Shown in pieces: positions 33,041 to 43,644 of a stretch of 64,000 bases of DNA. Where the stretch lies: contig CAVWLP010000002.1 of NCBI GenBank assembly GCA_963755915.1, positions 4,704,001 to 4,768,000 on the forward strand, read 5' to 3'. Within the stretch, counting starts at the first letter, position 1; each line of letters starts with the position of its first letter. Origin of the DNA: an uncultured Phycisphaerales bacterium. GTDB lineage: Bacteria; Planctomycetota; Phycisphaerae; Tepidisphaerales; Tepidisphaeraceae. The notes under the pieces are model-generated. The model was not told the DNA's origin. It saw only the letters and a program-made list of their open reading frames with translations, and did not search any database. The position numbers were made by a program, and so were the translations under genes.

Positions 33041-33655
33041 ATGGCGACGGGGAAATCGCTGAAGACCATAGTGGTTCCCTGCCTGGCGTGCGTCTGGGCA
33101 ATCGGAGTCATTCTCGGCATGTTCGGGATGGTCCGATATCAAATGACCCCCGCCGCCGACGCCAGTGACACCACCGCCCACTGGCCCAGAGCCGTCAGTA
33201 TCAAGCACGCCCCGGCCTTCCCACGCTTGTCATGATGCTGCACCCCAAGTGTCCCTGCTCGCGCGCAGCGTGAATGAGCTCAGCGAGCTGATGGCAAGAT
33301 CCTCCGGCCGGCTCGACGCCCACGTCCTGTTCGTCCAGCCGCCAGGCGCCCCGCGGGCTGGCTCGATGGCGATCTCTGGCGTCAAGCCAACGCCGTCCCC
33401 GGCCTGCACGTTTCTGTCGACCAGGATGGCCGCGACGCCGCCGCCTTCGGGGCAACAACCTCCGGCCAGGTCATGGTCTACAACTCCGCCGGCAATCTGG
33501 AATTCTCCGGCGGCATCACCGACGGGCGCGGACATGAAGGAGACAACGCCGGCCTGCTTTCGCTTTTGTCCCTCGTGCGTGAGGGGAGGACGACTTTATC
33601 CCAGACGCCGGTATACGGCTGTTCGCTGGGAGTTTGCCGAAACGCCGAAAAGTAA
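33041..33655 (+). CDS. RedB-like thioredoxin-fold membrane-anchored protein (frameshifted)
   Basis: TM anchor; MMLHPKCPCSR, FGATTSGQ, FSGGITDGRGHEGDN, PVYGCSL. Confidence 0.75.
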
Positions 33656-33666
33656 GGGAGAGCAAC

Positions 33667-35250
33667 GTGAATCAGGACCTGACGATCACGCCGGAAATCC
33701 GGCGTCTAATCGACGACCGCGCTGTTGAGCTGCGCACCCAGTACCAGCAGGCGCAGTGGAAGCAGATCGACCGCATGTTCGCGGTGCTGCTGGTCCTCCA
33801 GTGGTTCGCCTGCGTCGCCGTGGCGCTGTGGATTTCGCCCCGCGCCTGGGAGGGCCTCGAAAGCCACATCCACCCCCACGTCTGGGCGGCCGTCTTCCTC
33901 GGCGGAATCATCGCGGCGCTTCCGATCGGCCTGGTGATTTTCTGCCCCGGCCATGCGATCACGCGCTACACCATCGGCACCGCCCAGATGATGCACTCTG
34001 CCCTGCTCATCCACCTTTCCGGCGGTCGCATCGAAACACATTTTCACGTCTTCGGCTCACTCGCCTTCCTAAGCTTTTACCGTGATTGGCGCGTGCTGGT
34101 TCCCGCTACCGTCGTCGTCGCGCTCGATCACGCCCTGCGCGGGATCTTCTGGCCTGAATCGGTCTTCGGAATCGCCGCTGCCAGTCCCTGGCGCTGGATG
34201 GAACACGCCGGCTGGGTTGTCTTTGAAGACATCATCCTTGTGTGGGCGTGCATCCGTGGCGCCAGTGAGCTGGCCACGCTCGCCGCCCAGCAGGCCGAGC
34301 TGGAAGCGTCCAACCGGATGATTGAAGCGGAAGTCGCCCGGCAGACCTCTCGACTGGAATCGGTGAGCCAGGAGCTCATCGGCACGGCCCGCCGGGCCGG
34401 CATGGCGGAAATCGCCACCGGCGTCCTCCACAACGTCGGCAACGTCCTCAACAGCGTCAACGTCTCCGCCAACGTCGCCCTGAAGAAGCTCAAGGAATCG
34501 GAAGTCTCCAGCCTCGTCAAAGTGCGCGAGCTGCTGCAGAGCAACCAGGAAAATCTAACCAGCTTCCTCACCGCCGATGAGCGCGGCAAGCAGTTGCCGG
34601 GCTTCCTGATCGATCTTTCAGAATGCCTCGACCAGGAAAACCAGGGTCTGCTCACTGAGCTTCAGTCCATGGCCGCGGGGCTCGACCACATCAAGCAGAT
34701 CGTCGGCGCCCAGCAGCAGCACGCCAAGAGCGGCGTGGTGCGCGAAAAAGTCGTCCCCAGCGAACTTTTCGACCAGGCCATTTCCATGGATTTGGGCATA
34801 GCCGGCGATCAGAACTTCACCATCGTCCGCGATTTTGCCCAGATCGGCCCCGTCGTCCTCGACAAGCACAAGCTCCTTCAGATTCTGATCAACCTCCTCA
34901 GCAACGCGAAACGAGCGGTGGCAGGCTCCGCACGTGCCGATAAACAAATCTCCGTCAGCACGCGCAAATTCGAAAATAGCGGCGCCACTACCCTGCGGTT
35001 CGAGGTGGCCGACAACGGCATAGGTATCTCCCCGGAGAACCTCACCAGGATATTCACACACGGCTTCACAACCCGGCAAGAGGGACACGGCTTTGGCCTG
35101 CACAGCGCCGCCAACGCCGCAACGGAGCTGGGCGGAAACCTTTCCGTCGCCAGCGACGGCCCCGATCGCGGTGCCAAATTCACTCTTGAAATTCCCGTCT
35201 CGGGCCTCTCATCGGTCGAACAAATTTTACTTGAGAAAAAGAGGGCGTAA
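33667..35250 (+). CDS. membrane sensor histidine kinase
   Basis: Multi-TM N-terminus; H-box VLHNVGNVL, NLLSNA, DNGIG, GHGFGL. Confidence 0.92.
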   Translation: MNQDLTITPEIRRLIDDRAVELRTQYQQAQWKQIDRMFAVLLVLQWFACVAVALWISPRAWEGLESHIHPHVWAAVFLGGIIAALPIGLVIFCPGHAITRYTIGTAQMMHSALLIHLSGGRIETHFHVFGSLAFLSFYRDWRVLVPATVVVALDHALRGIFWPESVFGIAAASPWRWMEHAGWVVFEDIILVWACIRGASELATLAAQQAELEASNRMIEAEVARQTSRLESVSQELIGTARRAGMAEIATGVLHNVGNVLNSVNVSANVALKKLKESEVSSLVKVRELLQSNQENLTSFLTADERGKQLPGFLIDLSECLDQENQGLLTELQSMAAGLDHIKQIVGAQQQHAKSGVVREKVVPSELFDQAISMDLGIAGDQNFTIVRDFAQIGPVVLDKHKLLQILINLLSNAKRAVAGSARADKQISVSTRKFENSGATTLRFEVADNGIGISPENLTRIFTHGFTTRQEGHGFGLHSAANAATELGGNLSVASDGPDRGAKFTLEIPVSGLSSVEQILLEKKRA

Positions 35251-35252
35251 CC

Positions 35253-37173
35253 ATGGGCACAGAAACACTCTCGGCGCGTCGCATTCTCGTCATCGACGAC
35301 AACGACGCGATTCACAACGATTTCAAGAAGACGCTCGTCACCACGGTCGCGCCGGCGCGAGCAAATTGTCCAGCGCCAAGGCCGCGCTCTTCGGCGAAGT
35401 CACAACGCCCCTCTCCGAATCGTCCGCCATGCCCAAATTCGAGGTGGACACCGCGCTTCAGGGCCAGGAAGGCCTCAGCAAGCTCGAAGAATCCGTGCGC
35501 AGCGGCAAGCCGTTCCAGGTCGCCTTCGTTGACATGCGAATGCCGCCCGGATGGGACGGCGTGCAGACCATCCAGCGCCTCTGGCAGGCCGACCCACACG
35601 TCCAGGTCGTCATCTGCACGGCCTACTCCGACTATTCGTGGGAAGAAATCTCCAAAAAGCTCGGACTCACCGATCGTCTGCTGATTCTGAAGAAGCCGTT
35701 CGATCCGCTGGAGATCATCCAGATCGCGACGTCGCTGAGCGAAAAGTGGTCGCTGCACAGCAAGGCGCAGCTTCGGATGGACGAGCTGGAGAGCATGGTG
35801 CAGGCGCGGACCAAGGAACTCGTCCACGCCGCCCTGCACGACAAGCTCACGGGGCTGCCCAACCGGGCGCTTCTGAAAGACCGCATTACCCATGCGATCG
35901 AGCGCGCAAACGCAACCCGGACTACCATTTCGCCCTCTTCTTCCTCGACTTCGACCGCTTCAAGCTGATCAACGACAGCCTCGGTCACGATGTGGGCGAC
36001 GAACTCCTCGTCGAGATTTCCCGCCGGCTGCACAGCGCGCTGCGCGCGACCGATGCGGTCTGCAAGCCCGATGAAATGTCCACCGCTGCCCGCCTGGGCG
36101 GCGATGAATTCGTCATCCTCGCGGATGAGCTGAAATCCGATGCCGACGCCGGCAGAATCGCCGATCGGCTCCTGCAAAGCCTCGGTGAAACGTATCAGGT
36201 CAAGGGGCACAAAGTTTCCAGTACCGCCAGCATCGGCATCACCACCAGCGCCACGCCCTACACCAACGCCGACGACATGATTCGCGACGCCGACACCGCG
36301 ATGTACCACGCCAAGGCCGCGGGCAAGGCGCGTTACGTCATGTTTGACCGGCAGATGCACGAGCGGGTGACGGCCCGCCTCCAGATGGAAAACGACCTGC
36401 GCCACGCCCTGGACCGCAAAGAGCTTTTCCTTCAGTATCAGCCGGTGTTTTCGATGTCCGACAAGTCCATCGTCGGATTTGAAGCACTGGTGCGGTGGAA
36501 CCACCCAACGCGCGGCATCATTCGCCCCAGCGAATTCATCCCCACCGCGGAAGAAACAGGCTTGATCATCCCCATCGGCTACTGGATCATCTCCGAGGCC
36601 TGCCGGCAGCTCAAAATCCTCCAGCAGGCCAGTCCCTCGCAGGCAAAACTCGTCATGAGCGTCAACGTCTCCGCGCGCAGCTCTGTTACCCCGAGCTGGT
36701 TTCGCGGGTGCGCGAGATCCTGACCCAGACCGGCGTCGATCCGCAAACCGTGACTTTCGAGATCACCGAAACCGTCATGATCCGCAACGCCGACGCCAGC
36801 ATTCCGGTCCTCGAGCAGCTCAGGGAAATGGGAATCCGCCTGCACATGGACGACTTCGGCACCGGCTATTCGTCGCTGAGCTGCCTGCACCGCTTTCCGC
36901 TGACGGGCCTGAAGATCGACCAGAGCTTCATTCAGAACGCCGGCAGCACCCGCCACCAGGCGATCGTCCGCGCGATCGTCACGCTGGCGATTAGCCTGGG
37001 GATTTCCCTGGTGGCGGAGGGAATCGAAACCGCCGAGCAGTTGGCACTGCTACAGCAACTGGAATGCAGCCAGGGGCAGGGATTCTATTTCAGCCCGCCG
37101 CTGGGTGCGACGGATGCGGTGGCGTTTCTCAAGACCGGCAAAGCGCCGGCGACCACACTGCGCGGCAGGGTGA
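35253..37173 (+). CDS. REC-GGDEF-EAL c-di-GMP enzyme (frameshifted; 3' end approximate)
   Basis: RILVIDD, DMRMPPGWDG, KPF; HDKLTGLPNR, RLGGDEF; FEALVRW, DDFGTGYSSL, AEGIET, QGFYFS. Confidence 0.88.
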
Positions 37174-37191
37174 GCGGGCCGGACACGCGTT

Positions 37192-40100
37192 TCACACCGC
37201 CGTCCGCCCCTCATATTGTCCATACTCCAGCCACTGCTGAAGTCCGTCGGGAAATTCCCCATTGCTTACGGCTGCCGCCACGTCCGAGTTGTCGGCTAGG
37301 TAGATCTGCTCGTTGTAATAATCAGACGCGACGCGGTCCTCATACTGCCCATATTCGATAAATTGCTGATAGGCGGAAGTGAACGGCTCGCCCGTGATGT
37401 AAGGCATGATGTCCTGGTTGTCGGCCTCGTAGACGGAGAAGGAGAAATACTCCATGGGGTTGCGGCCCTCGTACTGGCCGAAATCGCAGAAGTGTTCGAA
37501 CGCCGAGGCGACCGTTCCCGCCGTTATGGCTGCCGCCACGTCGGGGTTATTTTGCAAGTAGTAGGTGGTGTCGAAATAGAGCAGCCCGCCGCGGTTTTCG
37601 TATTGGCCGTAGTCGTAATACTGCATGAAGCCGGAGCTGACCTGCCCGTCATTGACGGCCGCGGCCACGTCGGGGTTTTCGGCCAGGTACCAGCTTTCGT
37701 CCCAGTAGGGATTGGGGCTGTACCCTTCGTATTGGCCATACTGGAGATAATGGGCATAGCCGCTGGAAAATTGCCCATCGGCAACGGCGGCGGCTACGTT
37801 GGGATATTGCTGCAGGTAGTAGCTCTCGTCGAAGAGCGAATTCTGACTGACAATGGTTTGCGTGCTCAGCAAAACTTTCGAGCCGTTGGTGAGGATTTCA
37901 TAAATCGATGCCGTGTGGCTACCGGTCGTGAGCATCGGCGTTGAATAGTCGAAGCCGTGGTTGCTTGAACCGATATACGGCTCCAGGTCGGTGCGGGTGT
38001 TGTCCGCGAGGAAAGTCTGCGTGGGCCCGTCGCTGAAGACGACTTCGACATCGATGGCGGCACTGGGATCGCTCGGGTCATACGCCCAGCCGCTGATCTG
38101 CCCCCAGTTGGCAACATCGACGCTTCCGGGTGCGCTGATGGTGAACGAATCAGAAGTGGCGCTGCTTGCCGTGGGACTCGTAGCGGAAAGCTGGTACTGC
38201 CTGGCGATCTTGAGCGCCACCCCGCTGAAGGTGGCAACGCCGTTGACGGCCGTGGCCGTGAGCGTGCCGCTGAGATTTCCCGGCCCGCTGGCGACCGAGA
38301 GGGTGACCGTCGAATCGTCATTGGCAACCAGCGCCCCGGCGTTCTCGAATTCGACGCTAACCGCCGGCGAAAGTGCGAAACCTGCCAGAGTCCCGACCGG
38401 TTGCTGCGCAAAGACAAGCTGCGGCGCCGTGACGGCAATCGCCGTCGAAACGGCGGAAGTATATGGGCTATCCGATGCCTGAATGATGCAGCTTCCCGCC
38501 GCCGACAGCGCCAGCGATGAAAACGTGGCGATGCCATTGTCCGCCTGGGCGGTGAGCGTTCCGGACAGATTCCCCGGCCCGGATGACAGCGAAAGCGTGA
38601 CCGTCGAATTCGAATCGACAATGTTTCCGTCCGGATCCTCGATTTCCACTTCGATCGGTGTTGAGAAGTTGGCCCCCGAAAGCGCACTGGCCGGCTGCTG
38701 AATGAACACAAGGTGCGGCTCGGTGATGGTGAAACTCGTCGAATCCGCTCCGGTGAGCAAAGACCCCGAAGCCGCCAGCGAGAAGGTGCCGGCCGAGCCG
38801 ACCGAGAGATTGCTGAACGTGGCGACGCCATCGCTCGCCTGCACTGTCGTCGTGCCCGCAAGCGATCCACTTCCCGATGCCAGGGAGAGGGTAATCGTGG
38901 CATTGGAATCGATCACCGACCCCCCCGCCGTTTCGATCGCCACTTCCACTGACGGTGAAATCGCCGCCCCCGCGAGCGCGGAACTCGGCTGCTGGACGAA
39001 TACAAGTTGTCCCTGCGACACCGTGAAATGGGAGCTCGTCGCGGTGCTGAGAGACCCATCCGCCGCCGAGAGGGCATACGTTCCGGCTTCGTTCACGGAA
39101 ACATTGCTGAACGTCGCCACGCCATCCACCGCCTGCACGATGATGGTCCCGGTGAGATTTCCCGGCCCGCTGGCCACGGAAAGGGTGATGTCGGTGTTGT
39201 CGGAGGTGACGATGTCTCCCGCGGCATCTTCGATGTCGACGGTGATCGCGGGGGAAATGGTCTGCCCCGCGGTGATGTTGGTGGGCTGCTGGGAAAACAC
39301 GAGCTGCGTTGGCGGGCCGACGGTAATCCCGCCACCCACCAGGCCGGCAATGATTTTCTCGCCGATAGGGCTGCCCAATCCGACCAGCCCCCCGCCGGTG
39401 ATCGAATTGAAATCGGAGGATGGCAGGGCATAGAGATCCGGAATCGTCTGCGAAGGCCCGTTGAGCGAATCCATGCTGCGCAGCGCCAGGCCCTGGTCGG
39501 CGATGGCGATGATGGCCGCCCACTGCGGCGAGCCGGCGCTGGTCCCCCCCACCACCTGCCAGCCATCGTTTCCCTCGTACGGAATCGAATCGTAAACGAG
39601 CACGCCGGTATCCGGATTGCCGTCGTAAGCCACGTCCGGCTTATTCGTATGCTCGTACGGGCTCACCCCCCCACCGCCTTCGGACCAGTAGGTCTCGTTC
39701 AACCAATCGCCCGAATCGTTCACGCTCAGCGTCGTCCCGCCGACGGCGAGGACGTTCGGCGATGTCGAAGGATAATTCGGCAGCGCATCATCCCCTGCCG
39801 CGGCAACATAAGTCACGCCTACGTGCCCCGAGGGCGTCGTGAAATCCGAATCATAAGCCGTCTCCCCGGCGAACTCCGGCGAATCGCCCCAGCTCATGGA
39901 AACCGCAACCACCCCCGGCTGATCCGACGCCCACGTCACCGCGTTCATCAGATCGTTAAAGCTTGAAGACGGCGCCTCCACCAGCAAGATGCTCGCCCCC
40001 GGCGCAATCGCATGCGCCCACTCCACGTCCAGCGACTGCTCCGTCGCCCAGCCGGCGTTCGTCGCCCCCGCACCTTCGGGCGTCGCGACCGTCAAGGCAA

Positions 40101-40431
40101 GCTGACCCGAGGAATTGTCGTTGCTGATGCCGAAATTCGCGTCAAAGGTCTCAAGATCGCTGGTGATGTTCGGATCGGAATATGCATCCACAATCGCGAT
40201 CGTCTCCCCCGCGCCGTTGGCGGCAACGGATTGCCCGCTGACCGAAAACGTAATATCGTTCAGGTCGTACGCCTGCTCGACCATCGCCGGCGAGAGACTC
40301 TGCGGCGTGCCGGTCACACTTGCGGCGGGCTGGACATCTAGGGAGAGGTTTACCGATGACGATGCCGAAAGCAGCACCCGCTGCTCAAGCATTTCAAGGC
40401 AGACAGGTTTGCGGCGATTGACGGCTGGCAT
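37192..40431 (-). CDS. extracellular S53 (sedolisin-like) peptidase with Ig-like and C-terminal repeats
   Basis: LEQRVLLS; EQSLDVEW, AAGD, GGTSAGSP catalytic set; four LVF.QQP...GVATFS repeats; FDESYYL..PDVAAA..YG.YEGR repeats. Confidence 0.9.
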   Translation of the reverse strand: MPAVNRRKPVCLEMLEQRVLLSASSSVNLSLDVQPAASVTGTPQSLSPAMVEQAYDLNDITFSVSGQSVAANGAGETIAIVDAYSDPNITSDLETFDANFGISNDNSSGQLALTVATPEGAGATNAGWATEQSLDVEWAHAIAPGASILLVEAPSSSFNDLMNAVTWASDQPGVVAVSMSWGDSPEFAGETAYDSDFTTPSGHVGVTYVAAAGDDALPNYPSTSPNVLAVGGTTLSVNDSGDWLNETYWSEGGGGVSPYEHTNKPDVAYDGNPDTGVLVYDSIPYEGNDGWQVVGGTSAGSPQWAAIIAIADQGLALRSMDSLNGPSQTIPDLYALPSSDFNSITGGGLVGLGSPIGEKIIAGLVGGGITVGPPTQLVFSQQPTNITAGQTISPAITVDIEDAAGDIVTSDNTDITLSVASGPGNLTGTIIVQAVDGVATFSNVSVNEAGTYALSAADGSLSTATSSHFTVSQGQLVFVQQPSSALAGAAISPSVEVAIETAGGSVIDSNATITLSLASGSGSLAGTTTVQASDGVATFSNLSVGSAGTFSLAASGSLLTGADSTSFTITEPHLVFIQQPASALSGANFSTPIEVEIEDPDGNIVDSNSTVTLSLSSGPGNLSGTLTAQADNGIATFSSLALSAAGSCIIQASDSPYTSAVSTAIAVTAPQLVFAQQPVGTLAGFALSPAVSVEFENAGALVANDDSTVTLSVASGPGNLSGTLTATAVNGVATFSGVALKIARQYQLSATSPTASSATSDSFTISAPGSVDVANWGQISGWAYDPSDPSAAIDVEVVFSDGPTQTFLADNTRTDLEPYIGSSNHGFDYSTPMLTTGSHTASIYEILTNGSKVLLSTQTIVSQNSLFDESYYLQQYPNVAAAVADGQFSSGYAHYLQYGQYEGYSPNPYWDESWYLAENPDVAAAVNDGQVSSGFMQYYDYGQYENRGGLLYFDTTYYLQNNPDVAAAITAGTVASAFEHFCDFGQYEGRNPMEYFSFSVYEADNQDIMPYITGEPFTSAYQQFIEYGQYEDRVASDYYNEQIYLADNSDVAAAVSNGEFPDGLQQWLEYGQYEGRTAV

Positions 40432-40638
40432 TCGAGAAGGGCTCTGTGCCCGGCTTCGGATTCACCCATCTACTTGCATTGAAATTCCGCACTCGAGGAA
40501 TAGATGCGCGAGCGGCACAATAATCGCAAAATTCTTAAGACACGATGAAGAATTTTTAGAGGGATGCCTTTTTGCGCCATATGGTTATAGTCGATTTCCC
40601 GACAAACGGGAATACGGTCAAAAAAACACGATTGGGGT

Positions 40639-42138
40639 GTGATTGTGAAGATTCTACTCGTACATCCTAGCGCACTTTTATATTCCGAAGTTTACCTTCG
40701 TCTGGAGCCGCTTGGCTTGGAATGCGTCGGAGAAGCGCTGCTTCGCCGGGGGCATGAGGTGAAGCTTCTCGACCTGCAAATCTTTCGCCAGCATCACTAC
40801 CAAGCCCAACTAACCCAGTTTCACCCGGATGCCATTGGCTTCAGCGTCAACTATCTGGCCAATGTTCCGGAAGTGATTGATCTGGCGAAGCTGGCGCGGG
40901 AATTGCTTCCCAAGGCGTTCATCTTCTGCGGCGGGCACAGCATCAGCTTCATCGCCGAGGAGGTCTTGCGCCATGCCGACGGCGCTATCGATGCCATCAT
41001 TACCGGCGAAGGGGAGATCACCGCGCCGGCAATGCTGGAAAAAGCCCCGCGCGTCGATGGTATCGCCGGAGTGGTCACGGCCCGCGGCGCCGGACCCAAA
41101 CCCACGATTCAAGCGGACATTAACGACATCCGCCCGGCGCGAAAGCTGACCCGCAAGCGCGGCCGGTATTTCATCGGCGAGCTCGATCCTTGCGCGTCCA
41201 TCGAATTTTCGCGCGGGTGCCCGTGGGATTGCTCGTTTTGCAGCGCCTGGACGTTTTACGGCCGCAGCTACCGCAAGGCCGATCCGGCTCGCGCTGCCGA
41301 GGAAATGAGCTCCATCGCCGAGCGCAACGTCTTTGTGGTTGATGACGTGGCCTTCGTCAACGCCGACCATGGCATGGCCATCGCCGACGAGATTGAGCGG
41401 CGAAATATCCGCAAGCAATATTATCTGGAAACCCGCTGCGACGTGTTGATTCGCAACCAGGAGGTTTTCAAGCGCTGGGCGGGGCTTGGACTTCGCTATC
41501 TGTTCCTGGGCCTGGAATCCCTCGATGAGGAGCAACTGAAAAAGTTTCGGAAACGGGTCACGCCGAATCAGAATTTCGAGGCGCTGGCGGTTGCCCGGCG
41601 GCTGGGGATCGACGTGTCGATTAACCTGATTACCGACCCGTCCTGGACGCGCGAGCAATTCGAAACCGCCCGGCAGTGGGCCACCGAGGTTCCGGAGGTC
41701 GTGCACCTGACGGTCGCCACGCCCTACCCCGGCACTGAGCTTTTCCATACCGATTCCCGCCCGCTTACATCGCTGGATTACCGGCTCTACGACATTCAGC
41801 ACGCGGTGCAGGAGACGGCGCTACCGCTGCGGGAGTTTTACGAGGAGTTGGTGAAGACGCAGGAGATCATCAACCGGAAATTCATGGGGTGGAAGACCGC
41901 GGTCGCGGTGTCGCGCATTTTGGCGGGGCAACTTATCCGCGGGCAGACCAACTTCCTTCGGATGCTGTTCAAGTTTTCGAAAACGTACAACGCGCAGCGT
42001 TTTTATGACGATCATTCCAAGCCCACGAAATATGCGATGCGGCGGCCGGGCGAATACGTGAAGAAGATAAAGCCGCAGGATCTCCTGGTGCATGTGGGAG
42101 TGCGGCCGGCAGCGGTGGAATCGGGAGCGGCAAGCTGA
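40639..42138 (+). CDS. hpnR: hopanoid C-3 methylase (B12-dependent radical SAM)
   Basis: LVHPSALLYSEVYLRLEPLGLE, NYLANVPEV, SRGCPWDCSFCSAWTFYGRSYR, YYLETR.DVL, YDIQHAV, GQTNF. Confidence 0.9.
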   Translation: MIVKILLVHPSALLYSEVYLRLEPLGLECVGEALLRRGHEVKLLDLQIFRQHHYQAQLTQFHPDAIGFSVNYLANVPEVIDLAKLARELLPKAFIFCGGHSISFIAEEVLRHADGAIDAIITGEGEITAPAMLEKAPRVDGIAGVVTARGAGPKPTIQADINDIRPARKLTRKRGRYFIGELDPCASIEFSRGCPWDCSFCSAWTFYGRSYRKADPARAAEEMSSIAERNVFVVDDVAFVNADHGMAIADEIERRNIRKQYYLETRCDVLIRNQEVFKRWAGLGLRYLFLGLESLDEEQLKKFRKRVTPNQNFEALAVARRLGIDVSINLITDPSWTREQFETARQWATEVPEVVHLTVATPYPGTELFHTDSRPLTSLDYRLYDIQHAVQETALPLREFYEELVKTQEIINRKFMGWKTAVAVSRILAGQLIRGQTNFLRMLFKFSKTYNAQRFYDDHSKPTKYAMRRPGEYVKKIKPQDLLVHVGVRPAAVESGAAS

Positions 42139-42197
42139 CGCTGACTCTGACACGGGATTGCTTCGCCGACGAATTACTTTAGCCTAAGCCCCAAGCC

Positions 42198-43640
42198 ATG
42201 AGCGATTGGGAGCCCCGGCAAAAGCGCGAAGCGGAATTGGCGAGGACCGAAGCCGTTGTGGCCGCGTGTCCGGATAACGTCGAGGCCCGGTTCCAGCGGT
42301 GCCGGCTGCTCGCTGAGCTGGGCAGAAACGAAGAAGCCAAGACCGCGTTTCTCGAGCTGCTCGTCCAGGAACCGGCACATTTTGGGGCGCTGAATAATCT
42401 CGGCAATCTGGTCTATTCCATGGGATATCGGAATGCCGCCAAGAGCCTTTACGCGCGGGCGGTCGAGCTTCACCCGAACAATCCCAAGGGGCATGTGAAT
42501 CTGGCCAACCTGCTCGTCGAGAGCGACCTTGCAAGGGCACGCGAGCATTATGAAGCCGCGCTGAAAATCGACCCTGACCACATCGAAGCCAATCGCGGCA
42601 TGGCGTACGTTTTGACGCGCTTGCGCGATGAAGATCGCGCCGCCATCCATCGCCGAAAGGCTTTCGAGAATCGGGCCGTGATGGAATTCCCCTACACCGG
42701 CTCGGGCGAGCCGATCCGTGTGCTTTTGCTGGCATCCGCATCGGGCGGGACGATTCCGATGCGGCATCATCTCGACGAACAAATCTTCCTCACCACGGTG
42801 ATATTCGCGGAATATTACGATCGGCAAAAACCGTTGCCGCCGCACGACATCGTCTTCAACACCATTGGCGACGCCGACCTTTGCGGCGAGGCGCTAGAGG
42901 CGGCTTCACGAATCGTGGAAAAGACCACCGCGCCGGTCGTCAATCAACCGCGGAATGTCCTGCCGACCGGGCGGATGGAAAATTGTCGCAGGCTCGGCAA
43001 GATCGAGGACGTGATCGCGCCGAAAATCGCCGAGATTTCTCGCCAGGTTCTCGAAGGCGATGGCGCGGAGGCATTCCTCGCGCGGGAGGGATTCTCATTC
43101 CCCGTCCTGGTGCGCGCTCCCGGATTTCACACCGGCAGATTCTTCGAGCAATACGAAGATGCGGCCAGCCTTCGCGCTGGCGTCGGGCAAATGCCCGGCG
43201 AGAAAATGATGGTGATCCAATATGTCGACTTGCGAAACCCCGACGGCAAAATCCGCAAATACCGCGTGATGATGATCGATGGCCATCTCTATCCCCTCCA
43301 CGCCGCAATTTCGCACCATTGGAAGATCCACTATTTCACCGCCGAGATGGCCGACAACGAGCAGAACCGCGCCGAAGACGCCGCATTTTTGGCGAACATG
43401 ACCGGCGTCCTGGGCGAGCACGCGGTGCGAGCGCTGGGAAGAATTTGCGAAACCCTCGGTTTGCAATACGCGGGAATCGATTTTGGTCTGAGCCCCGATG
43501 GCAAGATCGTCCTCTTCGAGGCCAATGCCACGATGGTCGTCAACCCGCCCGAGAAAGACGCGAAATGGGATTACCGTCGCCCAGCGGTCCAGAAAATCCT
43601 CAATGCGATTGCGACGCTTTTGAAAGATCCGCGGAATTGA
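42198..43640 (+). CDS. TPR + ATP-grasp-like protein
   Basis: TPRs (ALNNLGNL); FN.IGDAD, FPVLVR.PGFHTG, RKYRVMMIDG, GIDFG, FEANATM. Confidence 0.8.
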   Translation: MSDWEPRQKREAELARTEAVVAACPDNVEARFQRCRLLAELGRNEEAKTAFLELLVQEPAHFGALNNLGNLVYSMGYRNAAKSLYARAVELHPNNPKGHVNLANLLVESDLARAREHYEAALKIDPDHIEANRGMAYVLTRLRDEDRAAIHRRKAFENRAVMEFPYTGSGEPIRVLLLASASGGTIPMRHHLDEQIFLTTVIFAEYYDRQKPLPPHDIVFNTIGDADLCGEALEAASRIVEKTTAPVVNQPRNVLPTGRMENCRRLGKIEDVIAPKIAEISRQVLEGDGAEAFLAREGFSFPVLVRAPGFHTGRFFEQYEDAASLRAGVGQMPGEKMMVIQYVDLRNPDGKIRKYRVMMIDGHLYPLHAAISHHWKIHYFTAEMADNEQNRAEDAAFLANMTGVLGEHAVRALGRICETLGLQYAGIDFGLSPDGKIVLFEANATMVVNPPEKDAKWDYRRPAVQKILNAIATLLKDPRN

Positions 43641-43644
43641 GCCC

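Noticed and set aside
37174-37361. 170-nt convergent overlap of the EAL ORF with the S53 protease gene
   Set aside because: Likely read-through caused by an indel; a TGA at 37171-37173 would end the gene without overlap.
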